A DNA stretch of 62,923 nt, taken from Candidatus Dojkabacteria bacterium. Its GTDB lineage: Bacteria; Patescibacteriota; Dojkabacteria; SC72; JAFGCJ01. The stretch spans positions 1 through 62,923 of the forward strand of contig JAFGCJ010000007.1 of assembly GCA_016932785.1 (NCBI GenBank). Reading direction: 5' to 3'. This document shows, piece after piece, positions 47,896 to 57,231 of the stretch (its first letter is position 1; every line of letters starts with the position of its first letter). A program made the position numbers and the translations under genes. The notes under the pieces were generated by a model, which had not been told where the DNA came from, made no database searches, and saw nothing but the letters and a program-made list of their open reading frames with translations.

Positions 47896-48433
47896 CTATA
47901 TTGTGGAAATACTGATTAACAGTTTTTTTGGATCTAGGAGTATCTAGTTGGATTGAATTTCCTGAGATGAAGAGAAAGGCAGATTTATCTGTTGATGCAT
48001 TTCCAACAAGTATTACACCAGGCATCTGTGATGCAAGCGTTGATGTGATATATCTTACCCCATGGTTCGGATGAGGTTTAATATCATTATTCATTGGTGT
48101 ACAAAGGTATTGTGCGACATGGGTGAGTACCCCTTCTGAGTTGAAGAGTATATAGCCATCATGCGCTGGGTGCTCTTTATTTGATATCTCACATAGAAAT
48201 ATTGTTGTACTCTCTTCACCAAGATATAGATTTTTGGGTATATTGAGGTTTGGCCGTAGGGCGATACATTTGTCTAGATGAAAGTTTTCATCGTATATCA
48301 TCATTCCAATTCCAGAGAATTCTTCGCGTGAATCTGCTACCGTACTAAGTAGAGAATGGCAGAAGTCTCGAAGGATACTATCGGAATTTATGGAATGACC
48401 TGATATGCTTTTGTCGTCCATGACTCTCAACAT
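47873..48433 (-). CDS. DisA_N / diadenylate-cyclase-like domain protein with divergent catalytic motifs
   Basis: PAHDGYILF...HGVRYITSTLAS parallels the DAC motifs HDGAVII...GTRHRAA, but DGA is replaced by DGY and RHR by VRY. Its 3' end overlaps argS by 23 nt in convergent orientation. Confidence 0.45.
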   Translation of the reverse strand: MLRVMDDKSISGHSINSDSILRDFCHSLLSTVADSREEFSGIGMMIYDENFHLDKCIALRPNLNIPKNLYLGEESTTIFLCEISNKEHPAHDGYILFNSEGVLTHVAQYLCTPMNNDIKPHPNHGVRYITSTLASQMPGVILVGNASTDKSAFLFISGNSIQLDTPRSKKTVNQYFHNIATSFQEP

Positions 48434-48564
48434 CGATTTTATCTTCCTGTGTCTAATTTAATCCAATGTAGTCGTTTTGTAAAGTAAATTTTTCTGTTTT
48501 TTGGGCAATACCGTGTTTGCGGACTCTGTGGTTAGTTTAGGTGTTGATGTGTTACTATATTTAC

Positions 48565-50007
48565 ATGGGTAGGATTGGGGTATTCTTCAGGAGGAATAGA
48601 AATATTGTTATTGGTGTATCAGTTGCATTGTTTTCCGTCTTGTCATTTTTTATTGTTATGCCGGAGTTTCTCAGGTCTAATAACTCGATGGAGATAGATG
48701 TTACAGTAAAATATGGGAATTTGATTGATGATAACGAGATTGTTGCGGTTGCAGGAGATTTGGAATTTAGTCTTAAAGAAATTGGTGTTGAAACTGAGAA
48801 GCTGTCTGGTTTACGTTATTCGGTTTTACGGGTGATACCAGTTTCCATGGAGGTGTATGAGGTGAGTTTTGATCAAGAACTATTCGAAAACTTTTTGAGC
48901 CGAGCAAACGAGCAGAGTTATGTAGAGCCTGAAAATGCGGAGATAGTTAAGGACAGTGAAGGCCTAAGAATTATCGATGATAAATCTGGGTACAAATTTA
49001 CGCCCAAGTACACGACAGAACAGATAATTTCTCAGATGATGAAAGGTAAGGAAAAAATCATTCTGCATCCAATTGAGCTTAATGCTGATGTGAGAGGTTC
49101 AGATTTAAAGGGAAACCTCGACGTGATGTATGTGCTTTCAAAGGAGATTTATGTTCTATATGATGGTATGACCGTGGTTATTCCCAGTGGCGAAGTTTTG
49201 AGTTTTCTCGACTCAGGGTGTTCTCATTCTGAGAAGGTGTGCACCGTTGATCTGCCGTGTATTGATGTGAAGGAGGTAAGGTCATTTGTAAATGGAACTC
49301 TTGAGAAAGCATGGAACAATTCTGAAAGTGAATATACTACCGCGAGTAACAAAGCGGGCTCGTTTAAGTATAAAACCAAGGACTACGGTCCTGATAATGA
49401 GGATGCTGTTGGGGGCATAGTAAGTGTATTAAAGAGTAGAGTAGGGGTAATTTCATCAGAAGGATGTTATTTTTTCAAACCCGAAACGTTGAATGATGAA
49501 GATACAAACGACTCGAATATTTCTGGGGTCTCTAGAAATATTGCTGACCTGAATGTAGAAAAGACTGTTCGTGTTGGGAAAAAGAGTGTACCAGGGACGG
49601 ACGGTAGTTACGCCCAAAAATATATTGAGATAGATCATTCACAACAACATCTTTATGCATGGGAAAATGGAGAGGTTGTAATGCATTATGGGGTGTCGGG
49701 TTTTTATGATAATTACGCCGTTTTTGGAGTGTTCGGCATTAAAGAAAAAGCGAGAAATGCCTGGTCTGATATTGCTGAAAAATGGATGCCATATTGGATG
49801 TCGTATTACTATGATCCTGTCCAGCAGGCTTGGTTTGGGATTCATGAGCTAGTCTGGTGGGACGATGAGAATGGTGTAAGACATGTAGAGAGTTCAGAAA
49901 ATATTGGTCAAAAGAAAAGTGGTGGTTGCATAAGATTGGATAGGGGACCGGCAGAGAAGGTTTTCAATTGGGCAGAAATGGATATGCCCGTTTTGATTCA
50001 TCCATAG
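48565..50007 (+). CDS. L,D-transpeptidase (YkuD domain) with a long N-terminal region
   Basis: C-terminal HELVWWD...SGGCIRL contains the catalytic His and Cys. There is an N-terminal TM anchor. The start was moved to the ATG at 48565. Confidence 0.8.
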   Translation: MGRIGVFFRRNRNIVIGVSVALFSVLSFFIVMPEFLRSNNSMEIDVTVKYGNLIDDNEIVAVAGDLEFSLKEIGVETEKLSGLRYSVLRVIPVSMEVYEVSFDQELFENFLSRANEQSYVEPENAEIVKDSEGLRIIDDKSGYKFTPKYTTEQIISQMMKGKEKIILHPIELNADVRGSDLKGNLDVMYVLSKEIYVLYDGMTVVIPSGEVLSFLDSGCSHSEKVCTVDLPCIDVKEVRSFVNGTLEKAWNNSESEYTTASNKAGSFKYKTKDYGPDNEDAVGGIVSVLKSRVGVISSEGCYFFKPETLNDEDTNDSNISGVSRNIADLNVEKTVRVGKKSVPGTDGSYAQKYIEIDHSQQHLYAWENGEVVMHYGVSGFYDNYAVFGVFGIKEKARNAWSDIAEKWMPYWMSYYYDPVQQAWFGIHELVWWDDENGVRHVESSENIGQKKSGGCIRLDRGPAEKVFNWAEMDMPVLIHP

Positions 50008-50152
50008 ATTCATTTTGAGATAAATACTGGATCTCCTGAGATGTTTTTCAGAGGGTACTTGACAATAAATAGTAGTATGTATTACTATGTACCTTGCAAT
50101 ATCTAATAACAGGCTTCTGTATTTTAGATATTAAATTTATTAGGGATAAAAA

Positions 50153-50803
50153 ATGTTAATAGAAACCAAGGATTTAACTTTGGAATATCTTAATGGAAAA
50201 AGTGGGGTGATAGCTGTAAACAAGGTGAATATGAAGCTTCCCGAAACTGGTTTTTATGGAATTCTTGGGCCTTCTGGTTCAGGTAAAACTTCACTGTTGT
50301 ATCTGCTTTCCGGTATAAGGGTTCCTAGTGGTGGTGAGATCATCTATGGTGGCCAAAAGCTGCCAAATTCTGCTGATGAAAGGAGTAGATTGAGGAAAAG
50401 AGAGATGGGTTTTGTCTTTCAGTATCACTTCTTGATTAATTATCTGTCCTCTTTTCAGAATATCATGGTGGGTGCTGTAGACTCAGAGGGAGAGGAAAAA
50501 ACGAAGAGACTGATTTCTGAACTTGGTCTTGACGGTCTTGAACAGCGACCTCCCTATAAGTTGTCCGGAGGACAGCGTCAAAGAGTAGCAATTGGTAGGG
50601 CATTTGCAAATAATCCTAAGATAGTTTTCGTTGATGAACCGACTGCCTCACTGGACCATAAAACAGGTAGAAAGGTTGTAAATCTCTTGAGGAACTACTC
50701 TAAAGAGGCGTGTGTGGTGACTGTAACTCATGACAAGTCTATTTTGGAAGAGGCTGATGGTGTTTTCAAGATGTGGGATGGTGAACTAGAGCGAATTTCT
50801 TAA
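50153..50803 (+). CDS. ABC transporter ATP-binding protein (MacB/LolD-like)
   Basis: Walker A GPSGSGKTS, signature LSGGQRQRVAIGRA and Walker B VFVDEPT. Confidence 0.9.
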   Translation: MLIETKDLTLEYLNGKSGVIAVNKVNMKLPETGFYGILGPSGSGKTSLLYLLSGIRVPSGGEIIYGGQKLPNSADERSRLRKREMGFVFQYHFLINYLSSFQNIMVGAVDSEGEEKTKRLISELGLDGLEQRPPYKLSGGQRQRVAIGRAFANNPKIVFVDEPTASLDHKTGRKVVNLLRNYSKEACVVTVTHDKSILEEADGVFKMWDGELERIS

Positions 50804-50819
50804 TTATTATATTCTGATT

Positions 50820-51995
50820 ATGTTTTCTCCTTTATCAATACTTACGTATTTTTTTAAAAACAAAAGAAAGGTGATACCGATTCTTGCAATTATTACGCTG
50901 TCAATTCTGGGTATTTCAGTGACAGCTGCCATAAATGGCTCGATGTGGAGGGAAATCACAGATAGGGTATGGTTTTATGAGAAATATTATGATGTGTACC
51001 TTACCTTCTCCTCTGAGTCAGAGGGTAGTCTTGAGGAGTATCAAGAAGAGGTGGAACAGGTCGACAAGGAGATTAAGGAACTGGATGCAGTTGATCATAT
51101 TATTGTTGCAGATGTACAGGCAACAGATCTTATGACTCTCTTTGGGAATGAGGGAGCCAGGGTAATTTTTGTCGGAGAAGATGATAGAGAAAAATTTGTT
51201 AACGAGATTGGGATCGAGTTAGATGAGGGACGGTATCCAGAAAGTGCAGATGAGATCGCACTGGGTAGGGAAATGCTTATGAACAAGGATCTGAAAGTAG
51301 GTGATAGTATCGGGTCAAAAATTGATGATGAGGAGAGTCTTTCAGGTGAGTATAAGATTGTTGGTGCACTTACCTATTCGGACAGCAAAAAATCTATGAA
51401 ACTTGGAATTGGGTACAGAGAAAATAAAAGTGATGATCTGTCATCGGCGGGTCTTTTTCTCTTGAATCCAAAGGACGGAAAAGCAGAGGAACTTGCTAGT
51501 GCTCTCTCTCGTTTGGAAGATAAATACGGAGTAATTCGTGTTAATACAAAAGAAAGTGTTGATAAGATGATAGATGAGGAGTTTAGTGCAGTTAGCAAAG
51601 TTCTTTGGGCGATAAATGTCGTGGTTACACTAACAATAACATCGTCCATTGCCTTGCTCAATGTTATATTCTTCATGCAGAGGGCCAACGAATTCGGACT
51701 CCTTGCGTCACTGGGCTATTCCAGGAAATTCATTGTAGGCAGGACACTTTTAGAATCTCTCATCAGTATAATTCTAGGATGGGGCCTGGGGATTATTTTT
51801 TCGGAAGTTGTTTATGGAATACTAAACTCTTGGATTTTTACGCCGAGAGGAATCCAGGGTCTTACGGTCCTTGAGTCTCAGACTTTTCTTTTTACAATTC
51901 CTGTTCCTTTGGCTGTGGCGATTTTTAGCTGTGGGACAGTATTTTGGAAGCTTATGAGGATGGATCCGGTATCAATTATTGAGAAGAGAGATTAA
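50820..51995 (+). CDS. ABC transporter permease, FtsX/MacB-type
   Basis: An N-terminal TM helix, a large periplasmic-type domain and a C-terminal FtsX 3-TM bundle ending in MDPVSIIEKRD. Confidence 0.85.
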   Translation: MFSPLSILTYFFKNKRKVIPILAIITLSILGISVTAAINGSMWREITDRVWFYEKYYDVYLTFSSESEGSLEEYQEEVEQVDKEIKELDAVDHIIVADVQATDLMTLFGNEGARVIFVGEDDREKFVNEIGIELDEGRYPESADEIALGREMLMNKDLKVGDSIGSKIDDEESLSGEYKIVGALTYSDSKKSMKLGIGYRENKSDDLSSAGLFLLNPKDGKAEELASALSRLEDKYGVIRVNTKESVDKMIDEEFSAVSKVLWAINVVVTLTITSSIALLNVIFFMQRANEFGLLASLGYSRKFIVGRTLLESLISIILGWGLGIIFSEVVYGILNSWIFTPRGIQGLTVLESQTFLFTIPVPLAVAIFSCGTVFWKLMRMDPVSIIEKRD

Positions 51996-52012
51996 TTTAG
52001 TAATTTGTTATT

Positions 52013-53191
52013 GTGGCTCAGAAACCCTTATCAATTTTTACATATTATTTTAAAAGTAAAAGAAAGATAATTCCCGTAGTGCTAGCAATTGTGCTGGCTA
52101 CCATTGGAACTGTTGCTACAGTGGCTCTAACGGATTCGATTAAGAAAGATGTCTGGAGAATGGTCCCTTTTTATGAAGAGTATTATGTGCTTGAGGTTCA
52201 TAACCCTCATGATGTAGAGGGGTTGAATCAGGATGTGGAGACTGAGATCAACGCTTTAGCTGGAGTTGATTACTATATAAAATCTCACTTGCGTAGGGTT
52301 GAGTATAAAGCACTTGTCGGAACTCCGGTTGTAAGTGTTCTTTATGTTCAGGAGTCCGAGTATAAAAATTTAGTAGAGGGCGCTGGTATGCATCTGGATG
52401 AGGGAAGGTTTCCAGAGAGTGGAGAGAATGAAATTGTATTTGTGAGCCCGTTGATGACTAATTTGGATAAGGAAATTGGTGATGAAATAGCGATGATGGG
52501 AAGAGACGGGGAAACATTTGAAATTGTAGGTACTATAAAGTCGGATGACAGATCTCACAGTGATGTGCTTTTTGGCTTTGGTTCTTGGAATGATATTCAT
52601 GAGATAGATAACAATTGGAATATTTTGTATCTAATTAAGCCTGAGGGAGATGTTAACTCAAGAAAAAAGCTCGATGGCGAGCTTGAAGATATAAGTGAGA
52701 GTCTTAATGAAAAATATAAAGATGTTGGTATTGATGTTTATACTGAATTTTCCATGCAGGAAACTTTCGATAATGAATTCGGATCGATGGACATAATAAT
52801 TTGGGCTATAGTGATAATTGTTACAGTAGTTATGACTATCTGCATTGTTCTTTTAAACCTTATTTTCTTTATGCAAAGATCAGGTGAATTTGGGATATTA
52901 GCTGCTCTGGGATACTCAAAAGGTTTTATTATCAGAAAGGCCTTAGCGGAGTCCTTTCTGAGTATTATTCTGGGCTGGTTGATGGGTCTAGTTTTTACGT
53001 TTTTTATTTTTGAACTGATTAATGGATTGGTATTTGAGTCTAAAGGATTATCTGGATTGAATGCTTTTGATCTGCGGAATGTCCAGTTTTCCTTGCCAAT
53101 ACCGATTTTTGTATCTGTTTGCAGTGCGGCTTCTGTGTTGTGGCAACTTTTGAAATTGGATCCTGTTGAGATCATAGAGAAAAGAGACTGA
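52013..53191 (+). CDS. ABC transporter permease, FtsX/MacB-type (paralog)
   Basis: Same topology as 50820-51995, and it ends in LDPVEIIEKRD. Confidence 0.85.
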   Translation: MAQKPLSIFTYYFKSKRKIIPVVLAIVLATIGTVATVALTDSIKKDVWRMVPFYEEYYVLEVHNPHDVEGLNQDVETEINALAGVDYYIKSHLRRVEYKALVGTPVVSVLYVQESEYKNLVEGAGMHLDEGRFPESGENEIVFVSPLMTNLDKEIGDEIAMMGRDGETFEIVGTIKSDDRSHSDVLFGFGSWNDIHEIDNNWNILYLIKPEGDVNSRKKLDGELEDISESLNEKYKDVGIDVYTEFSMQETFDNEFGSMDIIIWAIVIIVTVVMTICIVLLNLIFFMQRSGEFGILAALGYSKGFIIRKALAESFLSIILGWLMGLVFTFFIFELINGLVFESKGLSGLNAFDLRNVQFSLPIPIFVSVCSAASVLWQLLKLDPVEIIEKRD

Positions 53192-53305
53192 TGACTACAG
53201 GGTTATACTGAATTATGGTCGGGGTGTCTTATAGCAAGCGTGTTGGTAGAGAAGTCATCGTTCAGTCTTCTGAAGTGGGTATTTTCTTGATAAAATATGT
53301 TTTAT

Positions 53306-53380
53306 CGGGGCATGGCTCAGTTGGCTAAGAGCGCACGCTTCGGGTGCGTGAGGTCGCCGGTTCGAGTCCGGCTGCCCCGA
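53306..53380 (+). tRNA. tRNA-Pro (anticodon CGG)
   Basis: Hand-folded 75-nt cloverleaf with anticodon loop TTCGGGT and acceptor CGGGGCA/TGCCCCG. A T-run follows. Confidence 0.85.
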
Positions 53381-53458
53381 TTTTTTGGTATAATACAACA
53401 AACTCAAGTCTTACATTGAGGCTTGGGGCTTTATTTTATTTTTAATTTAAATAAACTG

Positions 53459-53785
53459 ATGGGTAAGAAACAAATATTACTTATCGTTGCGGGAGTTGCA
53501 GTTGTCCTTCTCATTGGAGCTGTAGTTGCCGTAAAGGTTTTCATTTTACCTCCCAGTGCAGATAAGGTCTGTGAGCATATGAGAGATCTTACTGTTGACT
53601 CCGTCAAGGATGTATTGGGTGGAGAAGAGGAAGCACAGGATTATGTCGATGAGGAAATGCCTCAGGACGAATGTGTTGATGAGCTCAAGGAAGATGCTGA
53701 AAAGGATGGCTTGCTTGAGACCAAGAAGACCTGGGATTGTATTCTTAAGGCTGATGACTTGGAAGAGATGATCGAATGTGATTAG
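53459..53785 (+). CDS. Small membrane-anchored acidic hypothetical protein
   Basis: An N-terminal TM helix (ILLIVAGVAVVLLIGAVVAV) and an acidic ectodomain containing 4 Cys. Confidence 0.55.
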   Translation: MGKKQILLIVAGVAVVLLIGAVVAVKVFILPPSADKVCEHMRDLTVDSVKDVLGGEEEAQDYVDEEMPQDECVDELKEDAEKDGLLETKKTWDCILKADDLEEMIECD

Positions 53786-53812
53786 TGTTTGAGATCTTCA
53801 AACATTTTACAT

Positions 53813-53848
53813 AAAAAATACCTCGAAGTTGTCTTCGGGGTATTTTTT
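53813..53848. terminator. Bidirectional intrinsic terminator
   Basis: A6-ATACCTCGAAG-TTGT-CTTCGGGGTAT-T5, between convergent genes. Confidence 0.75.
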
Positions 53849-53872
53849 GTTGGCTTTGTGTTTCTTTGAGGG

Positions 53873-54586
53873 CTAGTTTAGGTCAACGCTTTCCAGTATT
53901 TTGTCATAGGTTGCCTTGTATGTGTTGAAGTCTCCAGGATCATTCATGTACTTAAGGCAGAATGTTTTTCCGTTGTGTGAGGTGTATACCTCGACGACCT
54001 TGTAATCTGCGTAGAATGGTATACCTGAAGGATTTTGACCCTCAACTTTTGTCCAGGTCTTGCAGTTCACAGTGATGGTTGACTCAGAGGAACCTACTAG
54101 TGACGACTTGGAATCTGCAACGAGGTTGGCAACTGTATCAGTATACGCCGACATCGTAACAAGTCCGGCATATTCACTAGCTTCTGGAATTTCGTTGGGG
54201 TCCATACCCATTGTTTGCATACTTCCAAAAAATCTGTACCACCAGTTGCTTGGCATTGCCACCGTGTAGTTATATGTTGTGTTTTGTCGCTTAACCCAGC
54301 CTGAAGGAATAGTAGGATCACAGTCTGAGGTGGTTTCTTCCTCTTCTTCTTCGCTGTCGTCGGTTGATTTCTCTTCTTCAGACGTGTCTTCTTCTTCACT
54401 ATCATTGTCTTCCTCGTTGGATTCAGTTTCTTTTTCATCTTCCTTCTCGTCAGCCTTTTCCTTGATCATAGAGTAGGCGAGAAAGCCTATTACTCCAACG
54501 AGTATGACTACTACAACTCCGAGTGCACCCAGGATAATTGGGGTGGAACTCCTTGTTGAATCGAAATTATCGGGAGTATTTTCCAT
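53873..54586 (-). CDS. Membrane-anchored hypothetical protein with an acidic low-complexity linker
   Basis: An N-terminal TM helix, a long E/D/S-rich tract and a ~150-aa globular C-terminal domain. Confidence 0.65.
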   Translation of the reverse strand: MENTPDNFDSTRSSTPIILGALGVVVVILVGVIGFLAYSMIKEKADEKEDEKETESNEEDNDSEEEDTSEEEKSTDDSEEEEEETTSDCDPTIPSGWVKRQNTTYNYTVAMPSNWWYRFFGSMQTMGMDPNEIPEASEYAGLVTMSAYTDTVANLVADSKSSLVGSSESTITVNCKTWTKVEGQNPSGIPFYADYKVVEVYTSHNGKTFCLKYMNDPGDFNTYKATYDKILESVDLN

Positions 54587-54647
54587 AGAAGAGAGAGAGA
54601 TTATTTTATTCTACTTAAAGCATAGATAATTGAAACTATCTTGTCAA

Positions 54648-54738
54648 AGGCCTTGGAACTGGTTTAGGCTTGTGGAAGTGGGATTTTGGTGTTTTCTGGA
54701 GGTTATATTTGAGCCCATATAAGTTAGGGCTTGGGACT
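54648..54738. repeat. Degenerate REP doublet (AGGCCTTGGAACT at 54648, AGGGCTTGGGACT at 54726)
   Basis: Both copies deviate from the consensus at 2-3 positions, but they keep the 78-nt spacing. Confidence 0.4.
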
Positions 54739-54779
54739 TGGAAATATGATAAAATCGGGTGTTTATTATTTGATGAAAT

Positions 54780-54853
54780 GCACCCGTAGCTCAATCGGAT
54801 AGAGCAACGCACTCCTAACGCGTAGGTTGCAGGTTCGATTCCTGCCGGGTGCG
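54780..54853 (+). tRNA. tRNA-Arg (anticodon CCT)
   Basis: Hand-folded 74-nt cloverleaf with anticodon loop CTCCTAA. There is one A:C mismatch at the base of the anticodon stem. Confidence 0.75.
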
Positions 54854-54944
54854 AGTCCCAGGGACTGATTACTATGGGACCTGATTTAGGCATTCTTTTT
54901 ATTAGTAATCTTTTTATATCAGGCCTAAACCAGTCCCAAGGCCT
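54854..54944. repeat. REP doublet (AGTCCCAGGGACT at 54854, AGTCCCAAGGCCT at 54932)
   Basis: It fills the spacer between two tRNA-Arg genes. It starts at the base after the discriminator and ends 4 nt before the next tRNA. Confidence 0.7.
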
Positions 54945-54948
54945 TCTT

Positions 54949-55022
54949 GCATCCATAGCTCAATTGGATAGAGCGTCGGTTTCCGGAACCGAAGGTTGGG
55001 GGTTCGAATCCTCTTGGATGCA
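54949..55022 (+). tRNA. tRNA-Arg (anticodon CCG)
   Basis: Hand-folded 74-nt cloverleaf with anticodon loop TTCCGGA. Confidence 0.8.
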
Positions 55023-55056
55023 CTTTTCTAAGTAAGAAATTGTTGGTGATGAGAGC

Positions 55057-56616
55057 TTATTCGTGGATGGTGACCTTGCAGAGGCTGTTGTCTTCCTTGC
55101 AAATCGTTACTAGGAACGAGCCAGAATTTCCTAAAGCGAAGTCTACGGTCGGAATGTCAATGACAGCGTTGAATAGGGAATATGACTTGTTGTTTTCTGT
55201 GCTGATAGCAACTATTTCTGTTTCGGTATCTTCGTCTGACTCGCCTTCCTGGGTGTTATCTTGCCTGACGTAAAAGATATTTCTAGCCTCCAGGTCCCAC
55301 TGGAATTGAGTGGGTAGGAATTCATTGCTGAGATCTTTTATGAGTTTTGATCCGACAGTGTGTATTGGATCACCTTCTTCGACTTCGAGGGTGTATTGGT
55401 ATATTTCGTCAACCATGCCGTGAGTGTAGAGAAACTTTGTGTTTTCGGAGTTAGGTGTAAACATTCCTGGATTTTGGGCATCGATTTCTTCTGTTTCAGA
55501 TTTATCGAATGAGTAGATGAGAATGCTTTTATTGGTAAAAATAACGAGGTGCTTACTATCTTTTGTTAGGTTCATCTCTGTTATCTTATTGTCAACATAT
55601 TCTGTGTCTTCAGCATTACCAATTTCATCGGTTTCCCAGTCTGTTTGGTAAAGGATGGTTTTGTCTTCGCCATTGACGCGTGATCGAAGTACAGAATATC
55701 CGGTTTCGTCTTCTTTAGTTATATAAATTAGGCCGTCAGTATCTGTTGTCCAGGTGAAGGTTTGATTATCAGTCTTGGTGTCGATTACGCTTTGAACCTC
55801 TGACTCGAAGTTATAGCTTCTCAGCTCGTTGTTGTTTTGGAATATGATGTATTCGAAATTTCCTGTGAAGTCTGGTCTGTTCTCGTCTGTTAGTTCGATT
55901 GGAATCTCAAGTTCAGCGATTTTACTGTTTTCTGAGTCGGCCTGCAGCAGATATCTTCGGGTGGGAATATTGGTATCAGTTGGGACTGTTGTGAAAAGTA
56001 CCCATTGAAGGTTTTCTGAGACATGTGCGAAGTAACCTTCGAGGTCATATGGCTCGTCACTTCCGATTACAAAGTCGTCTGGGTATACTGCGATCATTTT
56101 TGGGGCGTGTTGGAATTCCCAAAATCTTCTATTTATTGTGTAGGACCATATCTGTATTTTTTCTCCGTCTTTAACTGTGAATACGGCCATTTTTCTTTCT
56201 GGGTCGAAGAATAGGTTTTCAACTTCTGTTTTATCGTCTTGTTCGTCAGATGGGAAAATTTTTTCTACTTTGGGTTTCTTTAGAAATAGTGTTGTTTCGA
56301 TAGGGATTGATTGTTCTGCTTTTACTGTAACTTTGTGCTCCCAGCTGTAATATCCATCTTTTTCAATGCGGATAGTGTGCTCACCCTCTTTAACTCCAGC
56401 TTCAGCTCTTGGTGATTTTCCTATATTTTCTCCGTCAAGAAAGATAGTTGCCCTTCTGGGGGTCGTAGTGAATGTTAACACTCCGTTTCTTTCGATTTCT
56501 CCATTTGAGAAGTTTATCCAATATCCCTTAGATACAAGATAAACAAGTATAGTTCCAGCAATTAATAGGGGCGGAACCATCCAGGGCAAAATGTTTCTAA
56601 ACCGTGGGAATTTCAT
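55057..56616 (-). CDS. PEGA-domain protein with a beta-propeller-like C-terminal region
   Basis: N-terminal TM helix. The PEGA pattern is TTPRRATIFLDGENIGKSP...GEHTIRIEKDGYYSWEHKVTV. Confidence 0.75.
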   Translation of the reverse strand: MKFPRFRNILPWMVPPLLIAGTILVYLVSKGYWINFSNGEIERNGVLTFTTTPRRATIFLDGENIGKSPRAEAGVKEGEHTIRIEKDGYYSWEHKVTVKAEQSIPIETTLFLKKPKVEKIFPSDEQDDKTEVENLFFDPERKMAVFTVKDGEKIQIWSYTINRRFWEFQHAPKMIAVYPDDFVIGSDEPYDLEGYFAHVSENLQWVLFTTVPTDTNIPTRRYLLQADSENSKIAELEIPIELTDENRPDFTGNFEYIIFQNNNELRSYNFESEVQSVIDTKTDNQTFTWTTDTDGLIYITKEDETGYSVLRSRVNGEDKTILYQTDWETDEIGNAEDTEYVDNKITEMNLTKDSKHLVIFTNKSILIYSFDKSETEEIDAQNPGMFTPNSENTKFLYTHGMVDEIYQYTLEVEEGDPIHTVGSKLIKDLSNEFLPTQFQWDLEARNIFYVRQDNTQEGESDEDTETEIVAISTENNKSYSLFNAVIDIPTVDFALGNSGSFLVTICKEDNSLCKVTIHE

Positions 56617-56720
56617 TTGAGTGGGAGTATATCAGCGAGTAGGGTGTAATGCAAGGAGTTTTCATGGGCTCTGTTTTTTAGGGGAAATCTGTAGGGGATG
56701 GTCAAAGAGCATCAGGTATT

Positions 56721-56779
56721 GCGTCGGGTCAGGAAACGGACTACTGAAGTCCTCGTGTAGTCCGTTTCCGCCCGAGCGC
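56721..56779. other. Long GC-rich hairpin downstream of the cassette ORF
   Basis: Perfect 13-bp core GGAAACGGACTAC / GTAGTCCGTTTCC, extended by GCGTCGGG / CCCGAGCGC. No U-tract. Confidence 0.6.
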
Positions 56780-56790
56780 AGTGTTGAAAA

Positions 56791-57231
56791 CTAGTAGATG
56801 AACCGAAGGTTAGAACTGTCTAGTTCGTCGTTGTAGAGGTTGGAGACACCGATTCCCTCGGTGTCATATACCGAAAATCTCCATTTTGTGACACTCTTCC
56901 GCCATTGAGTGGCCTCTTGGGAATTGTCTAGGAATATGGTCACTCTGGATTTTCCCATTGAACGTGAGTCCGAGATAAGCTCCCAAACTGCGACCTCTGT
57001 CCAGTACTTTCCAGTCGAGCAATAACCGCGTTCATCATTGCAGGCTGAAAGGTGAACGGTGTAACCCTCCCACCCCGTGGGGAATACTAGCACGAAAAAT
57101 GGGCGGACCTCTTGAGTTTCCTGGCTTATTACCTCTTCTTGTGTCTCCTCGCTAGGCAAGGAGACGGAAGATCCTGCTACGAGCAGGATCACGATCAGTG
57201 CTATAGCTGGCCACAATCTCTTGATTTTCAT
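56791..57231 (-). CDS. Small secreted hypothetical protein (146 aa)
   Basis: Signal peptide MKIKRLWPAIALIVILLVAGSS. A strong SD (GAGGAGAG) precedes the ATG, unlike most genes in this window. Confidence 0.65.
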   Translation of the reverse strand: MKIKRLWPAIALIVILLVAGSSVSLPSEETQEEVISQETQEVRPFFVLVFPTGWEGYTVHLSACNDERGYCSTGKYWTEVAVWELISDSRSMGKSRVTIFLDNSQEATQWRKSVTKWRFSVYDTEGIGVSNLYNDELDSSNLRFIY

